Below are positions 27,988-38,170 of a DNA stretch of 64,000 nt, one piece after another. The DNA is taken from NCBI GenBank assembly GCA_965203055.1, contig OZ241863.1, positions 992,001-1,056,000 of the forward strand, written 5' to 3'. Source of the stretch: Spirochaetia bacterium (GTDB lineage: Bacteria > Spirochaetota > Spirochaetia > SZUA-6 > Bin103). Positions within the stretch are counted from its first letter, which is position 1, and every line of letters begins with the position of its first letter. The notes under the pieces are model-generated. The model was not told the DNA's origin. It was given only the letters and a program-made list of their open reading frames with translations, and searched no databases. The position numbers were made by a program, and so were the translations under genes.

Positions 27988-30900
27988 ATGCGGCGACTGG
28001 GATCGGTCGATCGGCGAGGATTACTTGATGAGCGCGACAGAGAGACCGCGGTTATGAGCAAGCGTAAGCGGCGGCGGGCGGCGCGGCGCGCGCCGCCTCC
28101 GCCGCCGGAGAGTATTCAGCTCGGGAGTCTGGCGCGGCGCCGCCTGGCCGACTCCAGCGCGCTGCAGACGCTGCTGCGGAAGGTCGCGGCGCAGGAGTTG
28201 CCGGCGGCGGTCGAGGGGGTGCACGGCAGCTTTGCCGCGTTGCTGCTGCATTGGCTGCGCGAGCCGGCCGCGGGGCCGCTGCTGGTGGTGACGCCGACGG
28301 AGCAGGAGGCCGATTCGCTGGTCGGCGACCTGCGCCTGTTTGCCGGCCCGCCCGACGCCGAGCGGCCCGGCGGCGGCGACCGCGTGCGGCGCTTCCCCTG
28401 GTGGGGGCTGCTGCCCTATTCCAACGTCGCGCCGCTGCCGACGGTGTTCGGCGAGCGCGCCGGCGCGCTCGCCGAGCTGGCCACCGCGCCCGACGCCATC
28501 GACGTGGTGGTCACTTCCCTGCGCGCCCTGGTCACCCCGGTGCCGCCGGCGGACTACCTGGCCGGGCGGGTGCTGCAACTGGCGGTCGGGAGCGACCTCG
28601 ATCCGGTCGCGGTGGAGGAGCAGCTCGTCAGCTTCGGCTACGTGCGCGTGCCGCGCGTGTCGATCCACGGCGAGTTCTCGGTGAAGGGCGAGGTGATCGA
28701 CATCTATCCCTACGCCCGCGAGCACGCCGTGCGCGCGGTGCTGGAGTTCGACGCCGTCGAGGACCTGCGCGAGTTCGAGCCGGCCACCCAGCGTTCGGTG
28801 GCGGCGCTGGAGCGGGCCGCGGTCTACCCCGCGCGCGAGGTGCGGGTGGCCGGCGAGGAGCTGGAGACGCTGGCGGCCAACCTGGAGCGGGCGCGCCTGC
28901 CGCAGGAGTCGCGCGAGCTGTTCCTGGAGGCGCTGCGGCGCGACCCCGATGCGCGCGGCGCCGAACTGTTCTTTCCCCTGTGCTTCGAGCAGCCGGCGAC
29001 CCTGCCGGAGATTCTGCCGGCCAACGTACTGCTGGTGCTGGCCGGAGAGGAGCGCCTGGCTTCCACCTTCGCCGCGGTGCGCAAGGAGTACTACGAGTTG
29101 CACCGGCAGGCGGCGGCCGCGGGCCACTTCGGGCCATTGCCCAAGGAGTTCCTGCTCGACTACGCGCGCCTGCTCCGCGACTGCCCGCGGCGGGTGGCGC
29201 TGCACGAGTTGGCGCCCGCCCGCCGCGGCCCGGTCGCCGAACCCGCGCCGGCGCGCCTGCGGCTGGCGTGCGAACCGCCGCGCTCCTTCTTCGGCAACAT
29301 TCCCTACTTCCGCGACGAAGTGGCGCGGCTCTTGGGCAACGGCAACGACATCGTGATCTTCGCCGTGTACGAGCACCAGGCGCAGCGGGTGCAGGCGCTG
29401 CTCGGCGAGGCGGCGCGCGACAGCCGGGTGCGCGTCGTGCCGCAGAGCATCCGCGCCGGGTTCGCGCTGCCGGAGGCGAAGATCGTCGTCATCCAGGAAA
29501 ACGAGATCTTCGGCCGCAAGCGGCGCCTGCCGCCGGCCGCCGCCCGGGTGCAGAGCGAAGCGATCGACTCGTTCGTCGACCTGACCGCCGGCGATTACGT
29601 GGTCCACGTCAACTACGGGATTGGCCGCTATCACGGACTGGAACGGATGCGCGTGCTGGGCAATGAACGCGACTACATCGATCTGGAGTTCGGCGGCGAG
29701 GAGCACGTCTACCTGCCGATCGAGCAGGTCAACCTGATCCAACGCTACGTGGGCAAAGAAGGGCGGACGCCGAAGCTGGACCGCATCGGCGGCAAGGCCT
29801 GGGACGCGCGCAAGGCGAAGGTGCGCAAGTCGGTGGAGGAGTTGGCCGAGCGCCTGGTGCGGCTGTACGCCCGGCGCAAGCAGGCGCAGGGCACCGCCTT
29901 CGAATCCGATACCGACTGGCAGGCGCAGTTCGAGGCCGGCTTCCCCTTCCAGGAGACCGAGGATCAGATCCGCTGCATCGAGGAGGTGAAGGCCGACATG
30001 GAGGCGCCGAGTCCGATGGACCGGCTGGTGTGCGGCGACGTCGGCTTCGGCAAGACCGAGGTGGCGCTGCGGGCGGCGTTCAAGGCGGTAATGGGCGGCC
30101 GGCAGGTGGCCGTGCTGACCCCCACCACGATCCTTGCCGAGCAGCACTTCGAGACCTTCAGCGAGCGCTTCGGCGCGTTTCCGGCGCGGGTGGAGATGCT
30201 GTCGCGGTTTCGCAGCAAGCAGGAACAGCGCGCGGTAGTGGCCGCGGTCGCGGGCGGCGCGGTGGACGTAGTGGTCGGCACCCACCGCCTGATTCAGAAG
30301 GACGTCAAGTTCAAGAACCTCGGGCTGCTGGTCATCGACGAAGAACAGCGCTTCGGGGTCAAGCACAAGGAGCGTCTCAAGGAGCTGAAGACCAACATCG
30401 ACTGCCTCACCCTCACCGCCACGCCCATTCCACGCACCCTGCACATGTCGTTGACCAGGATCCGCGACATGTCGATCATCACCACCCCGCCGCAGAACCG
30501 GCTGCCGATCGAGACCTTCATCCAGGAGTTCGACGAGGAGCTGGTGGCCGACGCGGTGCGCAAGGAACTGGCGCGCCGCGGTCAGGTCTTCTATCTGCAC
30601 AATCGGGTGCGCTCGATTCAGGAGGTGCGCGGCTTTCTGACCCGGCTGCTGCCCGAGGCGAGCATCGACTTCGCCCACGGGCAGATGGATGAGCGCGAGT
30701 TGGAAGACGTGATGCACCGCTTCGTCGGCGGCGAATTCGAGGTGCTGGTGGCCACCGCCATCATCGAGAACGGGCTGGACATTCCCAACGTCAACACCAT
30801 CGTCATCGACCGCGCCGACATGTTCGGCATCGCTCAGCTCTACCAGCTGCGCGGGCGGGTGGGGCGCTCCGACAAGCCGGCGTACGCCTACCTGTTCTAT

Positions 30901-31590
30901 CCCAAGGAGCGCGCCTTGAGCGAGCTGGCCATGAAGCGCCTGCGCATCATCTCCGACTTCACCGATCTGGGAGCCGGCTTCAAGGTAGCGATGAAGGACC
31001 TGGAGGTGCGCGGCGCCGGCAACCTGCTCGGCGGCGAGCAGAGCGGCGACATCCTGGCGGTGGGCTACGACCTGTACGTGCGCCTCCTCGAGCAGGCGGT
31101 GGCGGCGCTGAACGCGGACGGCAAGGGCCGCGGCGTCGACCTGGAGACGCCTGACGTCTATCTGGAGCTGGAATACTCCGGCTACATCCCGGACGACTAC
31201 ATAGCGGAGCCGGTGGTGAAGATGGAGGTCTACAAGAAGATTTCCGCGGTAACCAGCGCCGCCGAGCTGGAGCAGGTCCACGGCGAGCTGACCGACCGCT
31301 TCGGGCCGCTGCCGGACGTGGTGCTGAGCCTGCTGTCGATCGCCGAGATTCGCATCGCCTGCCGCCGGCTGGCGGTGTCCTCGCTGCGCGAGCGGCGCGG
31401 CGTGGTACGGGTGGAGTTCGCGCGCATGCAGCAGGTGTCGGTGGACAAGGTAATGCGCGTGCTGGCCGACAGCAACGGCAGCGTGCGCCTGGACTCGGCG
31501 CGGCCCAATTGCCTGCTGATCGATACCGGCGGCATCGGCCTGCGCGAGAAGTCGGAGTTCCTCAGCGAAAAGCTCGGCGCGCTGGGGTGA
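27988..31590 (+). CDS. mfd: Transcription-repair coupling factor
   Basis: CarD-like YVVHVNYGIG, MDRLVCGDVGFGKTEVA, IDEEQRFGV, TATPIPRTL, QLRGRVGRS, TRG motif. True start may be ATG near 28054. Confidence 0.96.
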   Translation: MRRLGSVDRRGLLDERDRETAVMSKRKRRRAARRAPPPPPESIQLGSLARRRLADSSALQTLLRKVAAQELPAAVEGVHGSFAALLLHWLREPAAGPLLVVTPTEQEADSLVGDLRLFAGPPDAERPGGGDRVRRFPWWGLLPYSNVAPLPTVFGERAGALAELATAPDAIDVVVTSLRALVTPVPPADYLAGRVLQLAVGSDLDPVAVEEQLVSFGYVRVPRVSIHGEFSVKGEVIDIYPYAREHAVRAVLEFDAVEDLREFEPATQRSVAALERAAVYPAREVRVAGEELETLAANLERARLPQESRELFLEALRRDPDARGAELFFPLCFEQPATLPEILPANVLLVLAGEERLASTFAAVRKEYYELHRQAAAAGHFGPLPKEFLLDYARLLRDCPRRVALHELAPARRGPVAEPAPARLRLACEPPRSFFGNIPYFRDEVARLLGNGNDIVIFAVYEHQAQRVQALLGEAARDSRVRVVPQSIRAGFALPEAKIVVIQENEIFGRKRRLPPAAARVQSEAIDSFVDLTAGDYVVHVNYGIGRYHGLERMRVLGNERDYIDLEFGGEEHVYLPIEQVNLIQRYVGKEGRTPKLDRIGGKAWDARKAKVRKSVEELAERLVRLYARRKQAQGTAFESDTDWQAQFEAGFPFQETEDQIRCIEEVKADMEAPSPMDRLVCGDVGFGKTEVALRAAFKAVMGGRQVAVLTPTTILAEQHFETFSERFGAFPARVEMLSRFRSKQEQRAVVAAVAGGAVDVVVGTHRLIQKDVKFKNLGLLVIDEEQRFGVKHKERLKELKTNIDCLTLTATPIPRTLHMSLTRIRDMSIITTPPQNRLPIETFIQEFDEELVADAVRKELARRGQVFYLHNRVRSIQEVRGFLTRLLPEASIDFAHGQMDERELEDVMHRFVGGEFEVLVATAIIENGLDIPNVNTIVIDRADMFGIAQLYQLRGRVGRSDKPAYAYLFYPKERALSELAMKRLRIISDFTDLGAGFKVAMKDLEVRGAGNLLGGEQSGDILAVGYDLYVRLLEQAVAALNADGKGRGVDLETPDVYLELEYSGYIPDDYIAEPVVKMEVYKKISAVTSAAELEQVHGELTDRFGPLPDVVLSLLSIAEIRIACRRLAVSSLRERRGVVRVEFARMQQVSVDKVMRVLADSNGSVRLDSARPNCLLIDTGGIGLREKSEFLSEKLGALG

Positions 31591-31651
31591 CGAAACGACT
31601 GAATGCGGCGCGCGGTTGATTATCTGTTCGGGTTAAGGCGACACTGCGTCC

Positions 31652-32482
31652 ATGGCGGTTATGGAGGCGGCGCCGCCGGCTCATCGCGGGCAGTTCATCG
31701 GCGGCGTGGCGCAGGCGCTGTTCGTCCCGGAGCGCGCGTTTGCGGCCCACGCGACTCCGGTGTTCTCGCTGTTCGCGCTGGTCACGCTGCTGGCGCTCGC
31801 CACCGCCGCCGGCGAGGCGATGATCCTCTGGCAGCTCCGGGCTCCGGCGCTCCGCCAGATCGCCCTGGTCGAGGCGCGCCACGCCGCCGAGCAGCGCTCG
31901 CTGTCGCTCGCCGACGCGGAGGACGTGGAGCGCCGCCAGACCGCCGAGTACCGCCGCCTTACCGCCCCGGCCGGCGCCGCGGCCAAGACCGCGCGCGTCC
32001 TGCTTGCCAGCCTCACGGTGGTGGCGGCCGTGCCGTTGACCTGGATGGCGCTGCTGGTGCTGACGCAGTTCTTCGGCGGCGAAGAACAACGCCTTCCGGG
32101 GCGGCCGCGCGCGTCCATCCGGCTGGTGGCGGCGGCATTCGCGCCGCTGGCGCTGCGGCGGCTGCTGGCCGGCGGCGTGACCCTGGCAATCGATCCCGCG
32201 GCGGCCGGCAACGCCACGACGGTCGCGGTCTACCGGGAGCGCACTATCGCCCGCTTCGACCTGGCGGCGCTGGCCGAGTGGACGCCGCCGGCCTTCGTCG
32301 AACGCGGCGTTTCCTTGGTTACCGATCCGTTTGGTCTGTGGGCGCTGGCGGTGCTCACCGCCGGCAGCGCGGCGCTGCTGCGGCTGCCGGTGCCGCGCGC
32401 GCTCGCCATGAGCGCAGTGATCGCCCTGCTGTGGACGTCGTTCGACACGCTGGCCGGCGGGCGCTGGGCGTTGCTGGCATGA
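31652..32482 (+). CDS. Yip1/YknW-like membrane protein
   Basis: About 5 TM segments; first gene of an MFP-ABC exporter operon. Confidence 0.55.
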   Translation: MAVMEAAPPAHRGQFIGGVAQALFVPERAFAAHATPVFSLFALVTLLALATAAGEAMILWQLRAPALRQIALVEARHAAEQRSLSLADAEDVERRQTAEYRRLTAPAGAAAKTARVLLASLTVVAAVPLTWMALLVLTQFFGGEEQRLPGRPRASIRLVAAAFAPLALRRLLAGGVTLAIDPAAAGNATTVAVYRERTIARFDLAALAEWTPPAFVERGVSLVTDPFGLWALAVLTAGSAALLRLPVPRALAMSAVIALLWTSFDTLAGGRWALLA

Positions 32483-32492
32483 GGGCGCGGCG

Positions 32493-33812
32493 ATGAAGCG
32501 GAGCACGCGCAACGTTCTTCGATTCGGGGGTATTTCCCTGCTGTTGCTGACCGTCGCCGGCGTGGCGCTGTGGCAACTGTTCGCCAGCGATCCGGGCGCG
32601 GACGCCGTCCCGGTGACGATCGCCGCGGCGCGCAGCACCACGCTGCAGACCCGGGTGGTCGGGAGCTGCACGTTCCGGCCGCGGCGCAGCGTCACTCTGG
32701 TCAGCGATTCCGGCGGCCGGGTGGCGGCGATTCCGGTTGCGGTGGGCGATGCGGTGACCGCCGGCCAGGAGCTGGTGCTGATCGACGACGGCAAGTTGCT
32801 GGTGGCGATGCGGCAGGCCGAGGCTGGCCGGCGCGCGGCCGAAGTGAGCGTCCTGAACAACCTGCTGACCCGGCGCTCCGAGCTGCGCACCGCCCGCATC
32901 GCATTGCAGCGGGCGCGCGCCACGCTGCAGCGGCAGCGGGAGCTGTACGCCGCCGGCGGCGCGCAGCAGGCGGACGTACGGCAGGCGGAGCAGGATGAGG
33001 CGGATGCCGCCGACGCAATGCGGGCGGCGCGCGTGCGGCTGAATCTGGCGACCGGCCGCGCCGCGGAGGCCGAACCGGCCGCCGACGGCGCCGGCGACGG
33101 CGCGGTGATCGCCGCCGATCCGGACGTGATCAACGCGCGTCTGAGCGAAGCGCAGGCCGCCCTCGACCTGGCGCAGGCGACGGTCGTGGCGCCGCTGGCC
33201 GGCACGGTCACCAGCCTGGCTGCATCGCTGGGCAATCACCTGGCTCCCGGCGCGGAAGTGGTGACGGTGGCCACCCTCGACGACATCGTAGCGGATGTTC
33301 AGGTGGACGAGGTGGACGTCGGCAAGATCCGGGTCGGGCAGGAGGTGGTGCTGACCAGCGACAGCATACGCGACCTCGAGTTCCCCGGCGCCATCGCGCT
33401 CATTCCGCCGACCATGACCGACCATCAGGTCACCGTGGAAGTGGACGTGGACGAGCGCCGCCTGCCGGCCGGGGCCCAGCTCCGCGCCGGCGCCTCCTGC
33501 CGCGCGCGCATCGAAGCGGAACTGAAGCGCGACGTGACCGCGGTGCCGTTCGCCGCCTTGCAGGAGCGGCCCGGCGGCAGCGTGGCGTTCGTGGCGGTCC
33601 CGGAGGGCGACCTCTACCGGCTCGAACGCCGCGAGGTGACGTTGGGGGTGTCCAGCGTCAACGAGGTGGAAGTTACCACCGGCGTCGAGGCGGGCGAGCA
33701 GGTGGTGGTGGGCAATCTCTCCCTGCTGCGCGCCGACTTGCTGGTGATGGCAGAGCAGGACGCGGGCGAGGATTCCGCCCCGGCGCCCGAGGAGCAGGAC
33801 CCGGCGCCGTGA
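32493..33812 (+). CDS. Efflux periplasmic adaptor (membrane fusion protein)
   Basis: N-terminal TM, lipoyl half-motifs (GRVAAIPVAVGDAV; VAPLAGTV), coiled-coil hairpin, VDEVDVGKI. Confidence 0.88.
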   Translation: MKRSTRNVLRFGGISLLLLTVAGVALWQLFASDPGADAVPVTIAAARSTTLQTRVVGSCTFRPRRSVTLVSDSGGRVAAIPVAVGDAVTAGQELVLIDDGKLLVAMRQAEAGRRAAEVSVLNNLLTRRSELRTARIALQRARATLQRQRELYAAGGAQQADVRQAEQDEADAADAMRAARVRLNLATGRAAEAEPAADGAGDGAVIAADPDVINARLSEAQAALDLAQATVVAPLAGTVTSLAASLGNHLAPGAEVVTVATLDDIVADVQVDEVDVGKIRVGQEVVLTSDSIRDLEFPGAIALIPPTMTDHQVTVEVDVDERRLPAGAQLRAGASCRARIEAELKRDVTAVPFAALQERPGGSVAFVAVPEGDLYRLERREVTLGVSSVNEVEVTTGVEAGEQVVVGNLSLLRADLLVMAEQDAGEDSAPAPEEQDPAP

Positions 33813-34501
33813 TCCAATTGTCCGGGATCACCAAGGTCTACCACATGGGGGAGGATGTCTCGGTGGCCGCGCTGGCCGGCATCGACCTGGAGATCGCGGC
33901 GCGGGAGTTCGTCGCGGTGATGGGCCCCTCCGGGTCAGGCAAGTCCACGCTGATGAACATCATCGGCTGCCTGGACCGGCCCACCGGCGGCCGCTACCGC
34001 CTGGATGGAACCGACGTCGCGCGCATGACCGACCGCGAGCTGGCGCAGGTGCGCAACGCCAAGATCGGCTTCGTCTTCCAGACCTTCAATCTGCTGCCGC
34101 GCGTGACCGCCCTGCGCAACGTCGAGTTGCCGTTGGTCTACGCCGGGGTAGGCCGCCGCGAGCGCCGCCGGCGCGCCGCCGCGGTCCTGGAACGGGTCGG
34201 TCTGGGGGAACGCATGCACCATCGCCCGCAGGAGCTCTCCGGCGGCCAGCGGCAGCGGGTGGCGATTGCCCGCGCGCTGGTCAACGAGCCCTCCATCCTG
34301 TTCGCGGACGAACCCACCGGCAATCTGGACTCGACCAACGGCGAAGCGATCATGCAACTGCTCGGTGACCTGCACCGCGACGGCGCCACCATCGTCCTGG
34401 TCACCCACAACGACGAGGTCGCCGCCCTCAGCGGCCGCCTGGTCCACCTGCGCGACGGCCGCGTGACCCGCGACGAACCCGTCCGCGCCGCGCCGGCATG
34501 A
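33809..34501 (+). CDS. ABC transporter ATP-binding protein (LolD/MacB-type)
   Basis: GPSGSGKST, GFVFQTFNL, LSGGQRQR, ADEPTGNLD. Confidence 0.95.
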   Translation: MIQLSGITKVYHMGEDVSVAALAGIDLEIAAREFVAVMGPSGSGKSTLMNIIGCLDRPTGGRYRLDGTDVARMTDRELAQVRNAKIGFVFQTFNLLPRVTALRNVELPLVYAGVGRRERRRRAAAVLERVGLGERMHHRPQELSGGQRQRVAIARALVNEPSILFADEPTGNLDSTNGEAIMQLLGDLHRDGATIVLVTHNDEVAALSGRLVHLRDGRVTRDEPVRAAPA

Positions 34502-35724
34502 AGCTCGCCGCGGGCCTGCGCGAGGCGTTCGACACCGTGCGTCACAACAAGCTGCGCACCATCCTCACGATTCTCAGCATCGTGATCGGGGTCGCCTCGG
34601 TGATCGCCGTGATGGCCGTAGGGATCATGGGACGGCGCGCGGTGGTGGGCGACCTCGCTACCCTCGGCGGCGGGCTGCACTGGATCGAGCCGGCGAGCGG
34701 CGACGGCCAGGAGAGCGGTGGCGGTGAACGCCGCGAGCAGTATCTGCGCATCGAGCACCTGGATGCGATCGCCGAGCTGGTGGCCGACGTCAGTTGGATC
34801 ACCCCGATCCTGCGCGGCGCCGCCGAGCTGCGCTTCCGCAGTCGGCAGGAGCAGGCGGACCTGTTCGGGATCTCCCCGGAGTACGCCGAATTGTGGCCGG
34901 TGGAGCTGCAGGCCGGGCGCTTTCTCGATGAACAGGACCGGCGGCAGCGGCGCAAGGTGATCGTGCTCGGCGACCGCGCCGCGCGCAACCTGTTCGACGA
35001 TCCCCGCAGCGCGGTGGGCAACGTGGTAAGCGCCGGCAACCTGCAGTTGCAGGTGGTAGGGGTAGCGGTCGATCCCGGTTTCTTCTCCGACTCCGGCGCC
35101 AGCAATCGCACCGGCTTCCTGCTGCACGAGGTGTATCGCGCCATCTACCCGTGGGACCGCGCCATTGGGCCGTACGTGCAGGACGTGTCCCTGCGCGCCC
35201 GCGACCCGGCGCTGCTCAACGAGTCGATGACCCGCGTGCAGCGCCTCCTCGACCGCGTGTTTCCCGGTTCGCCGTCGCTGTCGCCCTTCGTGGTGGCCAC
35301 CGATCAGGCGAGCTTCGACGCAGAAGCGCGGGTGCTGGGGACCGTTTCCACGGTGGTGACGCTGGTGGCCGGCATCTCGCTGCTGGTCGGCGGCCTGGGG
35401 ATCATGAACATCATGCTGGTAAGCGTGAGCGAGCGCACCCGGGAGATCGGGTTGCGCAAGGCGGTCGGCGCCCGCGACGGCGACATCCTCAGCCAGTTCC
35501 TGCTGGAGTCGGTCGTGATCTGCCTGCTGGGCGGGGTGTGCGGGGTGATCCTCGGCTTCGGCGGCACCCTGGCGGTGGCGCTGGCGCAGGGCTGGGACCT
35601 GGTCCTGCCGCAGGTGGCGGCCGTGGGACTCGGCGTGGCGGTGGCCACCGGGCTGTTCTTCGGCGTCTATCCCGCGGCCAAGGCGGCGCGCCTGCCGCCG
35701 ATAGCCGCGCTGAGCCGGGAGTAG
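34498..35724 (+). CDS. ABC permease (MacB/FtsX family)
   Basis: NKLRTILTILSIVIGVASV, GIMNIMLVSVSERTREIGLRKAVGA. Confidence 0.92.
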   Translation: MKLAAGLREAFDTVRHNKLRTILTILSIVIGVASVIAVMAVGIMGRRAVVGDLATLGGGLHWIEPASGDGQESGGGERREQYLRIEHLDAIAELVADVSWITPILRGAAELRFRSRQEQADLFGISPEYAELWPVELQAGRFLDEQDRRQRRKVIVLGDRAARNLFDDPRSAVGNVVSAGNLQLQVVGVAVDPGFFSDSGASNRTGFLLHEVYRAIYPWDRAIGPYVQDVSLRARDPALLNESMTRVQRLLDRVFPGSPSLSPFVVATDQASFDAEARVLGTVSTVVTLVAGISLLVGGLGIMNIMLVSVSERTREIGLRKAVGARDGDILSQFLLESVVICLLGGVCGVILGFGGTLAVALAQGWDLVLPQVAAVGLGVAVATGLFFGVYPAAKAARLPPIAALSRE

Positions 35725-35729
35725 GCGGA

Positions 35730-36974
35730 ATGGGCCTTGCAGCGCTGGTCATGGCGGCGCTGACGGCGATTGCCAACAACCGCCTGCGCACCGCCCTGGC
35801 GCTGCTCGGCATAACCATCGGCGTCGGTTCGGTGATCTCCATCATGGGGCTGGGCGACGGCGCCAAGCTGGTGGTGCGCGATACCATCTCCGGCTTCGGC
35901 GCCGGCTCGCTCATGGTGGTGCAGAACTACCAGGCGATCATCGCCAGCGAGGGGCGCTACGACTGGGAGTCGATTACGCGCGACGACGTGGCCCGCATCA
36001 ACGCCGAGGCGGACGCGGTACGGGCCGTGACCCCGGAGCAGACCGTGTCCGCCACCGCCCGTTACGCGGGCCGCACCCGGCGCGTCGAAATCTACGGCAC
36101 GCTGCACCACTATCTGGCGGCGGCGACCCGGGTGCGGCTCGCGCGCGGGCGCTTCCTGCATCCGGAGGATGACCGGCTGCAGCGCAAGGTGGCGGTGCTC
36201 GGCGCCAAGGTGGCGGACGACCTGTTCGCCGCGGAACCGGCGCTGGGCCGGCTGGCGCTGATTTCCATCGACGACCGGGTCGATCTGGAGGTGGAGGTGA
36301 TCGGCGTGCTGGGACCGGAAGAGCAGCCGCCGATCTCGGTTACCGGCGGCGAGACTTCGGCCGACGGGCGGGTGTTCGTGCCGATCTCCCTGGTGGAACG
36401 GGTCACCGGGTCGGACGGCGTGGACCTGCTGTGGGGCGAAGCCAACAGCCTGCGCGAGGTCGATGCCGCCAAGCGGCAGATCCTGGCGATCCTCGACGCC
36501 AACCACGGCCGCTTCGACGGCGTGCACCACAAGTTCCAGGTGCACGACTGGTCGCAGTTGCTGGTCACCATCGATGCCACCACCGGGACCATCACCGCGC
36601 TGGTCTCGGTCCTGGGGATCATCGCGCTGGTGGTGGCCGGCATCGGGGTCATGAACATCATGCTGGTATCGGTGCGTGAGCGCACCCGCGAGATCGGCAC
36701 CCGCAAGGCGCTGGGGGCGCAGCCGGCCGCGATTCTCAATCAGTTCGTGGCCGAGGCAGTGGTGGTGTGCGGCGGCGGCGGGCTGGCCGGCATCGGCCTG
36801 GCCGCGGCGGTGCTTGCCATCGTCGAGCAAGGCACCGGCTGGCCCGGCCTGATCACCCTGTCCACGGCTCGCCTGGCGTTCCTGCTGTCGTTCGGCACCG
36901 GCCTGGTATTCGGGCTCTATCCCGCCAGCCGCGCCGCCCGCATGGACCCGGTAGCGGCCCTGCGCCACGAGTAA
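35730..36974 (+). CDS. ABC permease (MacB/FtsX family)
   Basis: NRLRTALALLGITIGVGSV, GVMNIMLVSVRERTREIG, MDPVAALRHE. Confidence 0.92.
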   Translation: MGLAALVMAALTAIANNRLRTALALLGITIGVGSVISIMGLGDGAKLVVRDTISGFGAGSLMVVQNYQAIIASEGRYDWESITRDDVARINAEADAVRAVTPEQTVSATARYAGRTRRVEIYGTLHHYLAAATRVRLARGRFLHPEDDRLQRKVAVLGAKVADDLFAAEPALGRLALISIDDRVDLEVEVIGVLGPEEQPPISVTGGETSADGRVFVPISLVERVTGSDGVDLLWGEANSLREVDAAKRQILAILDANHGRFDGVHHKFQVHDWSQLLVTIDATTGTITALVSVLGIIALVVAGIGVMNIMLVSVRERTREIGTRKALGAQPAAILNQFVAEAVVVCGGGGLAGIGLAAAVLAIVEQGTGWPGLITLSTARLAFLLSFGTGLVFGLYPASRAARMDPVAALRHE

Positions 36975-37046
36975 CCGCTCCGCCGGCGGGTTGCGGGCTC
37001 CGGCCCGTGTGGAGTATTTTCGTATGGTACTCCAATCCCCCGAGAG

Positions 37047-38132
37047 GTGACCGCCGTGTCGGACGCTCAGTCCTATGAAGACGCTATCGACGATCCCCAG
37101 GATGGCGACGACGAACTCGTCGGACGCGTCCGCTACACGATTTCCAGTTACGGGGCTGACCTTACCGTTGATGGAGTCGTAGGCCGCCTGGACCGTGACG
37201 ACATCGTCGTCCCGCCGTCGCAACGGAGGCTGGTCTGGACGCTGAGCCAGGCGTCGCGCTTCGTCGAGTCACTCCTGCTGGGACTTCCGGTTCCGGGCGT
37301 ATTCCTGTTCAAGGAACCGGATACGAAGCGGCTCATGGTAGTCGATGGTCAGCAGCGTCTGCGGACGCTGCAAGGGTTCCGGCACGGAACATTCGATGAT
37401 CGCCTCTTCAAGCTGCAGGGTGTGGCCCAGGAGTTCGCTGGACAGACCTATCGAGACCTCAGCGATCACGACCGCCGCATGCTCGATGATTCAATCATCC
37501 ACGCTACGATCTTTCAGCAGGACGATCCGGGAGAAGGGAACAGCTCGGTGTATTCGGTATTCGAACGTCTGAATACCGGCGGAACGTCGCTTAGTTCGCA
37601 AGAGATCAGATCGTGCATCTATCGAGGCAGGCTGAACGATCTTCTCTCAGAACTGGCGCAGGATAAACATTGGCGAAGGCTGTTCCGTGCGTCTGGTAAA
37701 CGAAAGAAGGATGAGGAACTAATTTTGCGATTTCTGGCGCTTCACTTTTCGATAGACGCTTACCAGCCGCCAATGAAGGGATTCCTCAACGAGTTCATGG
37801 AGCGTAACAAAGATATAGACGACGATGAAGTGAAAAAGTTTCGCACTACGTTTCTGAGAGCTGCAAAGATAGCGGATCAAGTGCTTACTGCCAAGGCATT
37901 TAGACCTGAACGAAATCTCAACGTATCAGTAGTAGATGCCGCGCTGGTCGGCCTTGCGCACCGTCTGGAGACGGATTCCGTCGTTCGGGATCACAGCGCC
38001 TTGCGTTCGGCACATAGGGCGTTGCTGAATCGTCTGAAAGCGGAAGATCTCTATACTCGAGGCACAACTCACAAAGACCGCGTCAGAAAACGAATCGAAT
38101 ATGCTCGGCGTTCGTACCAGCACGTGGAATGA
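37047..38132 (+). CDS. DUF262 (ParB-like/GmrSD N-terminal) domain protein
   Basis: P.SQRRLVW, FVESLLLGLPVP, VDGQQRL, FERLNTGG..L..QEIR; lower GC than the flanks. Confidence 0.85.
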   Translation: MTAVSDAQSYEDAIDDPQDGDDELVGRVRYTISSYGADLTVDGVVGRLDRDDIVVPPSQRRLVWTLSQASRFVESLLLGLPVPGVFLFKEPDTKRLMVVDGQQRLRTLQGFRHGTFDDRLFKLQGVAQEFAGQTYRDLSDHDRRMLDDSIIHATIFQQDDPGEGNSSVYSVFERLNTGGTSLSSQEIRSCIYRGRLNDLLSELAQDKHWRRLFRASGKRKKDEELILRFLALHFSIDAYQPPMKGFLNEFMERNKDIDDDEVKKFRTTFLRAAKIADQVLTAKAFRPERNLNVSVVDAALVGLAHRLETDSVVRDHSALRSAHRALLNRLKAEDLYTRGTTHKDRVRKRIEYARRSYQHVE

Positions 38133-38170
38133 GCTATCGTGACGCCAAACGCCTCGAACAGGCCATCTAT

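Noticed and set aside
28021..31281. Long antisense ORFs (also 58347-61475, 45779-48049, 24477-27053, 53912-55975)
   Set aside because: Stop-poor shadow frames expected at high GC, opposite well-supported genes
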